Part shown: piece by piece, positions 8,394 through 15,999 of the stretch
Numbering within the stretch: position 1 is the stretch's first letter
How the letters are laid out: each line of letters opens with the position of its first letter
Assembly: GCA_003558085.1 (NCBI GenBank)
Contig: PWMT01000086.1
Coordinates: 1-15,999, forward strand
From: Methanobacteriaceae archaeon
Lineage (GTDB): Archaea > Methanobacteriota > Methanobacteria > Methanobacteriales > Methanobacteriaceae
Direction: 5' to 3'
Length of the DNA: 15,999 bases
Notes under the pieces: generated by a model
What the model was told of the DNA's origin: nothing
The model's database searches: none
The model's input: only the letters and a program-made list of their open reading frames with translations
Made by a program: the position numbers and the translations under genes

Positions 8394-10937
8394 ATGACGA
8401 GGCCTTATATGGAAAACCTTAACGACTGGAAATACATCTCCATCCGCAACGACCTCTATATTTTAATAGTAGCTTTACTCTGCCTGAGTGTTATCAACTT
8501 AACCCCATTAATACCTGCTTTAATAGAAAATATGGCCCGATTTTTATTGATATTTTTCCTGCCAGGATATGCAATTACTCGCTTATTCTTTTATAAGAAT
8601 GGAAAGTTTTCCACTAATCGCAGAATTATTTTAGGCTTATTCCTCAGCTTATGCTTAGTAGGAATCTGGTTATTAATAATTAATCTCAATCCCCTTAGCA
8701 ACTATTTACCGGATTATGAAATACTGGTAACCTTAATCATTTTTTCCATCTTGATAGTAAGACTCATCCATGTCTTAATAATTAAAAGAGGGGAAAAGAA
8801 AATTGATCAGGAAAAAAATGTTCCAGAAAAAAATCAGAGCAAAAAGATAAAGGAAACAGTTCATGCTAAAGTTCAGGAGGATAAATCAAAATATCATAAG
8901 CCTGATTTAGAACCATCTAAACATCATAAGCCCGATTTAGAACCATCTAAAGTTGAAGTTGTAAAAATAAAAGAATCCTTTCCTGATTTAATGACATTTA
9001 TTTTGTTAGGTTTAATCAGTGCACTGCTAATCTATTTACTAGAAGAAAGCATAATCCAGATACCAGTAGCCTTATTCATTTTTTTATTCCTACCAGGTTA
9101 TAGTCTCCTATCCTTCCTGGACATTTCCTTTAAGAGAAAAAAATGGTATTTAAAAATAATATCCTCTGCCTTGCTCAGTCAAATTTTAACTTTAACCCTG
9201 GAACTTAGCAGCACCTATTTAAATTATACCTTAACCGTTTCTAATATGCTCCTAATTTTAGTATCCTTCTCTTTGATATTATTAGTTTTAGCTTATCTGC
9301 GCAGAAGAATGCACCATAAAAAAGAAAGGAAGCATATAAAAACTAGTGATAAGAAAGAGTTGAAAGTACAATCCGTTCCAGAAAAAAAAGAACCACCATC
9401 AGTAACTGCCAGTGACACTAAAAAGTATCTATCCCCCAGATTAAATATAGATATATTGCTATTGGTTTTAACATTTTTAGGACTTATATTTACCTTTTTA
9501 CCTCTTAATCTGATGAATTATCAGAATCTACTGCGTACTATTTTCATCTTACCTTTAGTATCCTTTTTACCAGGATATTGTCTACTAAGAGCAATATTTT
9601 ACACTAGAGTAGAGAAAAGTAAAGGAAAAGGAAAAGCATTACTGGTTATAAGCACTGTATTTTTAAGTTTGTGTTTAACTCTAATTGGAGGTGGAGTATT
9701 AAATTACTTCAACCAAAATCCGGATATTAATATTATATTTCTATCCCTGATCACCCTATCAGGGATTATACTCTACCATATTCAAAGAAAAAGAACCAGT
9801 ACTAGTGAAACTGTAGAAGACAGTTCCCCTATGCAAGAGCCTATTATAAAAGATTATCTAAATTTAAGTTCCCTGGATAAGGATGAAGAAGAAATAGATG
9901 AAGACTTAGATTCACCTAAAGCTATACTGCAAAAATATCAGAATAAACTTCTCCATTCCCTAAAACCTCATCAAAAAAAAGCTCAAAAATACCAACCTTC
10001 TCCTGAAAAAAGAATGGAAGAAAAACTAAAAAAAGCCTTTGATCCAGTAATGACTGTTGAAAGTGAAAAAATAAAAAGATTAAATATTATTAAAAGATCT
10101 AGTGATTTATTAATTATATTAGGCTTAAGCGTGTTTACCCTTATTTTCATCTTCACTCCCCCCTTGAATCAGACTTTTATACGCTCAATTTTAGGTCTTT
10201 TATTCGTACTCTTCATTCCAGGATACGTATTAACCGGAGCCTTATTTCCTAAAAAGAGTGACCTGGAAGGTATTGAAAGATTAGCTCTAAGTTTTGGTTT
10301 AAGTTTAGCTATAACACCCCTTATAGGATTAGCTTTAAATTACACTCCCTGGGGTATTCGCTTAATACCTATCGTTCTATCTTTAACCATTTTCACATTT
10401 ATATTAGTATTTATAGCCATTCTAAGAAGGAGGAATCTAGCGGAGGGGGAAGTATTCCATCCTCAACTTTCAAAACATATACATTTCCTTAAAAGAGGAT
10501 TTGATCAGGAATCCCAGTTGGATAAAATATTATCTGTAGTACTGGTCATCACCCTGCTAGTGGCTGTTTCCATGACCATCTACATTGTAGCCACTCCTCA
10601 GCAGGGAGAACAATTCACTGAATTTTATATATTAGGTCCAGATGGTATGGCTAGTGATTATCCTACCAATTTAACTGTAGGTGAAAGTGGTAACCTGATT
10701 ATAGGAGTGGTTAATCGAGAGTATGATCTGGTTAATTATCGACTGGAAGTGAGATTAAATGATATACTCATTGACCAGCAAAACTTGACTTTAGAGCATG
10801 AAGAAAAATGGGAGGAAGAATTCAGTTTCACTGCCAACAATCCTGGTGCTAATCAAAAATTAGAGTTTTTATTATATAAACTACCAGATACTAATGAAGC
10901 TTATCGTTCCCTGCATCTCTGGGTGGATGTAATTTAA
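8394..10937 (+). CDS. Large DUF1616-like multi-pass membrane protein with four repeated membrane modules
   Basis: C-terminal ~280 aa resemble DUF1616 (LFIPGYVLTGALFP, ERLALSFGLSLAI, EQFTEFYILG, DYPT, KLEFLLY, YRSLHLW). Three further FLPGY modules lie upstream. The alternative start ATG at 8409 has GAGG just upstream. Confidence 0.85.
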   Translation: MTRPYMENLNDWKYISIRNDLYILIVALLCLSVINLTPLIPALIENMARFLLIFFLPGYAITRLFFYKNGKFSTNRRIILGLFLSLCLVGIWLLIINLNPLSNYLPDYEILVTLIIFSILIVRLIHVLIIKRGEKKIDQEKNVPEKNQSKKIKETVHAKVQEDKSKYHKPDLEPSKHHKPDLEPSKVEVVKIKESFPDLMTFILLGLISALLIYLLEESIIQIPVALFIFLFLPGYSLLSFLDISFKRKKWYLKIISSALLSQILTLTLELSSTYLNYTLTVSNMLLILVSFSLILLVLAYLRRRMHHKKERKHIKTSDKKELKVQSVPEKKEPPSVTASDTKKYLSPRLNIDILLLVLTFLGLIFTFLPLNLMNYQNLLRTIFILPLVSFLPGYCLLRAIFYTRVEKSKGKGKALLVISTVFLSLCLTLIGGGVLNYFNQNPDINIIFLSLITLSGIILYHIQRKRTSTSETVEDSSPMQEPIIKDYLNLSSLDKDEEEIDEDLDSPKAILQKYQNKLLHSLKPHQKKAQKYQPSPEKRMEEKLKKAFDPVMTVESEKIKRLNIIKRSSDLLIILGLSVFTLIFIFTPPLNQTFIRSILGLLFVLFIPGYVLTGALFPKKSDLEGIERLALSFGLSLAITPLIGLALNYTPWGIRLIPIVLSLTIFTFILVFIAILRRRNLAEGEVFHPQLSKHIHFLKRGFDQESQLDKILSVVLVITLLVAVSMTIYIVATPQQGEQFTEFYILGPDGMASDYPTNLTVGESGNLIIGVVNREYDLVNYRLEVRLNDILIDQQNLTLEHEEKWEEEFSFTANNPGANQKLEFLLYKLPDTNEAYRSLHLWVDVI
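8889..8948 (+). repeat. In-frame 30-bp tandem duplication (K[Y/H]HKPDLEPS x2)
   Basis: aaatatcataagcctgatttagaaccatct / aaacatcataagcccgatttagaaccatct, 28/30 identical. Confidence 0.9.
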
Positions 10938-10989
10938 ATTTTACTAGAAGATCCAACGGAAAATTTACTCTAAACCATTCTAGCAGATC

Positions 10990-11024
10990 CAGATGAGAAT
11001 TTATCACATCAGATGAGAATTTAT
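10990..11024. repeat. Direct repeat CAGATGAGAATTTAT x2 (20-bp period)
   Basis: Identical 15-mers at 10990-11004 and 11010-11024. Confidence 0.85.
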
Positions 11025-11036
11025 TTAATATTCACT

Positions 11037-11072
11037 AAAAAAAATAATAAGTTTGTTTAAATAATTTTTTTT
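11037..11072. terminator. Probable bidirectional oligo-T terminator region between convergent genes
   Basis: A8 at 11037-11044 (T8 on the minus strand) and T8 at 11065-11072 lie between the convergent DUF1616 and GT4 genes. Archaeal terminators are typically oligo-T. Confidence 0.45.
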
Positions 11073-11119
11073 ATTTCTGCAGAAATTTATAAAGAATGAT
11101 TTTACGGTAAAATAATGGT

Positions 11120-12319
11120 TTAAGAGAGGAGTTTCTGTAAAGTTTTTTCAAATATGTCGGTGATCACTTCCCAGTCATTGCTTTCTACAAATTTTCGGGC
11201 TTTCCTTCCTTCTTCCTGGATCATATTTGCATCTTTCATTTTCGAGGCCAGGGGTAATACTTCTCGGGAATGATCAATATAGTGTAAGCCATGGCCATCT
11301 TCAAATTCCATAGCGATTCCTGGTAAGCGGGTTACTATCACTGGTTTAGACATGGCCATGTACTCATATAATTTGATGGGTACAATATCCTGCATGATCT
11401 CCTCATCCTGATAGGCTGGTAAAAGTGCGATATCAGCCAGTGCTAAAAAATCAGGTATGAGTTCGTAGGGTTGTTTACCAGTTAATATTAACTGATCTTG
11501 TAAGTCATATTTCTCCTGGATATGGAGTAGATCATCGTAGGCATCACCATCTCCCACTACCAAGAGTTTTATGTTTGGATATTTATGCTTATTTTCACCT
11601 AACTCGCGGGCAACTTCTTTTATGCCTGCAAAATGATAAATCCATCCCATGAAGAAGAGAACCGTGTCCTCTTTTTGGATATGGTATTTTTCTTTGAGGG
11701 TGCTGAAATCCCGTTCTGGATTGAATTGTTTTAAATCTATTCCAGCATCAATCACCATGGTTTTATTTTCATCAGCCCCCAATTCTATGGCCAGTTCTCT
11801 AAGACGCTGGTTGATGGTGATAACCAGATCTGATCGTTGAAGGGTGCGTTTTTTAATCATCTTCCCTAATTTTTGGAAGATCTTTTCCGGTATAAGGGCA
11901 TATAAAACATCGATTAAATAATAAACGAAGGGTATACCATGTTTTTTAGCAGCCTTAGATCCTACATAGGCATTTAATAATCCGAAGGCGATAATGATAT
12001 CTGGCTGGAATTCCTGGATTTGTCTTTCGATTTCCTGACCATGATAATAGGGTATGGATAGATAATCCAGTAAAGTTATCTTGATTATACTGGGGCGGAT
12101 AACCTGGATTTGGGCTAGAGGATCCACCTTGTGCACATGGTGGTATACTTTACGCTCTACAAAATAGCTTTCCCGTACTTTATCTTTTCTTCGCCAGTCA
12201 ATACCATGGTCAATTACCCGGATTTCATGACCTCTTACTGATAGTCGATCCATCAGATGGTGTTGCTGATGGGGATTGCGTTCCAACCAATCTGATTCCT
12301 GTATAAGCAATATTTTCAT
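11120..12319 (-). CDS. Glycosyltransferase family 4 (GT-B fold)
   Basis: MKILLI start (ATG at 12319, rather than 12388 which overlaps the upstream gene); LLVVGDG, ADIALLP and PIKLYEYMAMSKPVIVT motifs. Confidence 0.9.
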   Translation of the reverse strand: MKILLIQESDWLERNPHQQHHLMDRLSVRGHEIRVIDHGIDWRRKDKVRESYFVERKVYHHVHKVDPLAQIQVIRPSIIKITLLDYLSIPYYHGQEIERQIQEFQPDIIIAFGLLNAYVGSKAAKKHGIPFVYYLIDVLYALIPEKIFQKLGKMIKKRTLQRSDLVITINQRLRELAIELGADENKTMVIDAGIDLKQFNPERDFSTLKEKYHIQKEDTVLFFMGWIYHFAGIKEVARELGENKHKYPNIKLLVVGDGDAYDDLLHIQEKYDLQDQLILTGKQPYELIPDFLALADIALLPAYQDEEIMQDIVPIKLYEYMAMSKPVIVTRLPGIAMEFEDGHGLHYIDHSREVLPLASKMKDANMIQEEGRKARKFVESNDWEVITDIFEKTLQKLLS

Positions 12320-12344
12320 AATGAATAGCTCTATAATCTTTATT

Positions 12345-13019
12345 TTATATTTTTCGATACACTCCAATTTGGAAGAGAGGTAAACCATAGGGGACCTGGA
12401 ATTTTGATTCTTCTTTTAAATCAGTTTTAATTATATTTTCCCATTGTTTAGGATCATAACCCTCATGGGTTTCCTTATAACCAGCCATAAATCTACCTAA
12501 TTTATAAAATCTATTCTCCAGGGGTAATTCACAAATAAATAAACCCTTTGGTTTAAGACAGTTATAAATATTTTTCACTGCTTTATCCACTTTATCAACA
12601 TGCTCCAGGACACTGAAAGCTAATATAACATCCATACTATCATTAGGAAATGTTTTTTCTAATTGTTTAACATCAGCGATTTTTAATTCCAAATTAGGAT
12701 GTTGCTCTTGAATCTGCTTTAAAGTTTTATCCTGGCAAAAATGGAAGGTGCTTTCCACATCACTACCCACCACCTTAGTGGACAATTGACAGAGAGCTGG
12801 TAGAAATAATCCATAAGAGCTTCCAATTTCTAGTAGATTATCAAATTTTTCTTTTTTAGAATCTCGCAGTTCTCTTTGTAAGTAGCTGAAAGCTTTTTTA
12901 TATCGCTCCCAAAAAACAATTTTAAGGATAGGATGAGTGTAAGAATTAGTAGTTGCCTTTGATTGTTGAATTATTTCCTCATCAGGAAAAACAAATTCCC
13001 TATTAAATATAAAAATCAT
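12345..13019 (-). CDS. Class I SAM-dependent methyltransferase
   Basis: Motif I LLEIGSSYG, VVGSDV, IADV, DVILAFSVLEHV and LKPKGLFI. Confidence 0.88.
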   Translation of the reverse strand: MIFIFNREFVFPDEEIIQQSKATTNSYTHPILKIVFWERYKKAFSYLQRELRDSKKEKFDNLLEIGSSYGLFLPALCQLSTKVVGSDVESTFHFCQDKTLKQIQEQHPNLELKIADVKQLEKTFPNDSMDVILAFSVLEHVDKVDKAVKNIYNCLKPKGLFICELPLENRFYKLGRFMAGYKETHEGYDPKQWENIIKTDLKEESKFQVPYGLPLFQIGVYRKI

Positions 13020-13078
13020 CCCCTTTCTTGCAATAAAAATGAATTAATATTCATTAAGATTAGTAATTTTTTGGTTAA

Positions 13079-14077
13079 TTAATAGTCGAACTCCGCACTT
13101 TTTTCAATATTCTCCCAGTTTTCCTGGAACCAGTGGTAAGTTTTTTCAAGTCCCTGTTTAAAGGATACTTGGGGCTGGTAATCCAGTATTTGTTCTGCTT
13201 TTTCTATAGAGGATAGTAGTTTGGTTTTAGCATCCCAGTTGCGGCGGGGGATGTAAGCAAAACCTTCCCTATTACCGGTGAGTTCATTTATTATCTGAGC
13301 CATCTCCTTTACCTTGTGATCTTCTCCTGATCCTAGGTTGATGGCTTCTCCGATGGCTTCTTTTTTTATGGCCATAGTTAATAATCCTTCTACTATATCA
13401 GTGACGTAGGTCCAGTCCCGGGTTTCTGAACCATCTCCAGTTATGGGTAAGGGATTATTGGTCATGGACCAGTAAAAGAAATTGGGGATCACGTTACGGT
13501 ATTTGCCTGGCACTTCACCTGGCCCGAAGACATTGAAAAAACGAGCATTAACTATAGGTAAATCATAGAGATTGTAAAAATAATTAGTATATAATTCTCC
13601 TAATAATTTGGTGACCTGATAAGGAGTGTGTAGGGATATGGATATATCATGCTCCTGGAAGGGCATCTGGGAATCCAATCCATACACTCCACAACCAGAT
13701 GAGGAATAAACTAAACGCTCCACTCCAGTTAATTGGGCGTACTGTAAGATCTTTAAGGTACCTATACCGTTAACCATTAAATCCTTCTCCGGATTATCCA
13801 CACTGTTCTGGTTGGCGAAGTGAGCTGCCAGATGAAAAACATAATCTGGTTTTTCCTTAAAAACACGTTTTAATGAGGCATCATCACGAACATCCCCCTT
13901 AACCACTTCAATATTCTCCATATTAGGAATATTCCATTCATAAGCCGAGGACATGTTATCTAAAATTAGAACCTGGGCATCCAATTCACCTAAGCGACGG
14001 GAGAGATTACTACCCACACATCCTGCTCCACCAGTTACCAGTACTTTTTTATCCTGAAAAGTGTCTAATTGATCCAT
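13079..14077 (-). CDS. NAD-dependent epimerase/dehydratase (extended SDR, nucleotide-sugar modifying)
   Basis: VLVTGGAGCVG Rossmann motif, FHLAA, YxxxK (YQVTK), RFFNVFGPG, GDGSETRDWTYV; GAGGT RBS. Confidence 0.93.
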   Translation of the reverse strand: MDQLDTFQDKKVLVTGGAGCVGSNLSRRLGELDAQVLILDNMSSAYEWNIPNMENIEVVKGDVRDDASLKRVFKEKPDYVFHLAAHFANQNSVDNPEKDLMVNGIGTLKILQYAQLTGVERLVYSSSGCGVYGLDSQMPFQEHDISISLHTPYQVTKLLGELYTNYFYNLYDLPIVNARFFNVFGPGEVPGKYRNVIPNFFYWSMTNNPLPITGDGSETRDWTYVTDIVEGLLTMAIKKEAIGEAINLGSGEDHKVKEMAQIINELTGNREGFAYIPRRNWDAKTKLLSSIEKAEQILDYQPQVSFKQGLEKTYHWFQENWENIEKSAEFDY

Positions 14078-14364
14078 TTAAGATACCTCTTATATTTATT
14101 TAATATATCTAAAACCTTTTTAGTCTATATGGCCTTTAATTGGTTTCTAATAAATTTTTGGCTCATAATTTAATATATTACTAGTTTAAAACTTAGTAAC
14201 TACTTAAAGTTTAATGATAATAGTAAAGAGCTGCTATTAATTAATTGAGGGTTATTTTTCTATAACCTATAAGTAAATATATACCTAATTTATTTTCAAA
14301 CTACCAGTAATTATTTACTACTTAATCTTCGCATTACCTAAAATTTCTAATAATCCACTTTTTT

Positions 14365-15252
14365 TTAAATACGGTTACGGCTTTGTAGAATCATGCGACT
14401 CATAGAATCTAAGATGATCCCCGTAAACATTAAAAAAGTACCAAATAAGGTGAACATCACCGACACCAATGTTGGGCCGATGTTGATACTTACTCCGGTA
14501 ACATAATCCCGGAAAAAAAACAGACTTAATATCGCCCCAATTATCACCACTATAAGTCCAGGGAGGGTGAAATAGTAGAGCGGTCTTTTCAGTTCCATAT
14601 CCTGCAGGATGTTGAATAGTACTTTAACTCCATGTTTTAAGGGATGTTGGGTGGAACTTTCCACGTCGTAGCGAACCCCAATTTCCACTTCCTCAATTTT
14701 AAGTCCGGCCTGGGAAGCATCCACCAGCATTTCACTTTCCACTCCAAAGCCCTTATCCTTAAAACGGAAATAAGGTATGGCTTTTGCGGAGAAGGCTCGA
14801 AACCCGCTTTGACTGTCACTTATTTTACTACCACTGGAGATACTGGTGGCGGTATCTAAGACTTTTTGACCCACCCGGCGATAAGCCGGGGTGTTCTCAT
14901 CATTTCCTTTGATGTAGCGGCTGCCGTTTACCACGTCTGCTTTTCCTTCAATAATAGGTGCTGCCAGTAAGGGTATTTCATCAGGGTTATGTTGGGCATC
15001 AGCATCAATGGTTACTATTACCTCCGCATCTTTAACTGCTGCAAAACCTGATCGGATAGCTGCCCCTTTCCCTAAATTCTTTGAGTGTTTGATTACCTCT
15101 GCCCCGGCAAGTTCAGCCACTTCACTGGTCTTATCCGTACTTCCATCATCTACTACGATTATCTGCTGAGCATGACGCTTAGCCCTTAGAATAAGGCTTC
15201 CTAAAGCAACTTCTTCATTATAAGCAGGTAAAATTACTGCTATTTTATTCAT
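14365..15252 (-). CDS. Glycosyltransferase family 2 (DPM synthase-like) with two C-terminal TM helices
   Basis: ILPAYNEE, VVDDGSTD, NLGKGAA, DADAQH, GSR and DSQSGFRAF motifs. Likely start is the ATG at 15252 (MNKIAV) with GAGGA RBS, 2 nt after the upstream stop. Confidence 0.92.
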   Translation of the reverse strand: MNKIAVILPAYNEEVALGSLILRAKRHAQQIIVVDDGSTDKTSEVAELAGAEVIKHSKNLGKGAAIRSGFAAVKDAEVIVTIDADAQHNPDEIPLLAAPIIEGKADVVNGSRYIKGNDENTPAYRRVGQKVLDTATSISSGSKISDSQSGFRAFSAKAIPYFRFKDKGFGVESEMLVDASQAGLKIEEVEIGVRYDVESSTQHPLKHGVKVLFNILQDMELKRPLYYFTLPGLIVVIIGAILSLFFFRDYVTGVSINIGPTLVSVMFTLFGTFLMFTGIILDSMSRMILQSRNRI

Positions 15253-15254
15253 AG

Positions 15255-15998
15255 TTAATCCTCTATGCGATAATACCATTTCATCCATTCTACGGTGCGT
15301 TTAATTCCTTCCTGGGGTGGGACTTGAGGGTTGTGCTTCAAGTCCTGGATGGCCTTGGAGAAATCCATGGTCTTTACTTTGGTGGTGTAAGGCTCTGCTT
15401 CATGGTACGTTACCAGAGAATCATCCACTCCCACCGCCTCCAGCACCATATCAGAATACTCTTTAATATCATATTCCCATTCCTGCTTACTACCTACATT
15501 GTAAGCTTCACCAGGGATGAAGTTATCGGCAATATTAGCTATAGTATAGACCGTATCCTCCACATAATCAATAATCCTTTTATGGCCCTTATAGACAGTA
15601 TAGGGCTTCTGATGCAAAGCATGGTAAATGAATATAGGTATAAAACCCTTATAAGGAGAATAGGGTTCATGAGGCCCGTAACAATTAACTGGACGCACTC
15701 GGACGGTTTCAGTTCCGTGCATGGTAGCGGAATTCATGCACATTAATTCCCCAGCCCACTTGGTGATGGCATAATCATTCATCTGGTAGGTGTCCTTAAT
15801 AGGATTGTCTACCATCACCTCCTCACTCATCACCCCTGAATAGTCTCCGTATACTTCTGCTGAAGAGAAGAATATCATGCGAAAGCCTAATTTTTCTTGT
15901 AGTCGGATTAAGTGTTTAGTACCCTTCACATTGGTCTCCCATAAATTCTCATAATAGTCTTCACCATTCCAGCGGCCGTATTCAGCTGCCAGATGAAA
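15255..15998 (-). CDS. NAD-dependent epimerase/dehydratase, 5' end beyond window edge
   Basis: Frame stays open past the listed GTG at 15929 to the window edge (FHLAAEYGRWNGEDYYENLWETNV). FFSSAEVYG, YxxxK (YAITK) and NCYGP motifs are present. Confidence 0.9.
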   Translation of the reverse strand, partial: FHLAAEYGRWNGEDYYENLWETNVKGTKHLIRLQEKLGFRMIFFSSAEVYGDYSGVMSEEVMVDNPIKDTYQMNDYAITKWAGELMCMNSATMHGTETVRVRPVNCYGPHEPYSPYKGFIPIFIYHALHQKPYTVYKGHKRIIDYVEDTVYTIANIADNFIPGEAYNVGSKQEWEYDIKEYSDMVLEAVGVDDSLVTYHEAEPYTTKVKTMDFSKAIQDLKHNPQVPPQEGIKRTVEWMKWYYRIED

Positions 15999-15999
15999 A

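Noticed and set aside
10944..11024. Repeats considered as a mini-CRISPR array
   Set aside because: Repeats are only 12-15 bp with a 5-nt spacer between the identical pair, and no cas genes are present.
12320..12388. Listed N-terminal extension of GT4 (likewise 15253-15288 for GT2 and 2159-2170 for ehaM)
   Set aside because: They overlap upstream genes; the downstream ATGs fit domain boundaries or RBS position better.
11649..15746. Short ORFs 11649-11840 (+), 14637-14819 (-), 14644-14859 (+), 15324-15746 (+)
   Set aside because: All are nested in or antisense to well-supported GT or epimerase genes.

Overview
The window looks like DNA from a Methanobacteriales-type methanogenic archaeon, judged from gene content, AGGTG/GGAG ribosome-binding sites and TTTA(T/A)ATA boxes. 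Positions 137-7285 (minus strand) carry 15 collinear genes of the energy-converting group 4 [NiFe]-hydrogenase A operon (ehaA-ehaO). A 136-nt AT-rich spacer follows ehaO and ends in an RBS pointing to another gene just outside the left edge. A ~1.1 kb AT-rich divergent intergenic region (7286-8393) contains a consensus TATA box, palindromes and short repeats. It precedes an unusually long (~845 aa) DUF1616-like membrane protein with four copies of the 'F(L/I)PGY' membrane module. The right end is a minus-strand surface-glycan cluster: GT4, SAM methyltransferase, two NAD-dependent epimerase/dehydratases and a GT2. No CRISPR array, mobile element, tRNA or rRNA was seen, and I cannot claim a new system. 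The best leads are apparent substitutions at normally conserved Eha positions, the quadruplicated DUF1616 architecture and candidate regulatory elements upstream of eha. All family calls come from motif recognition and gene order, not database searches.
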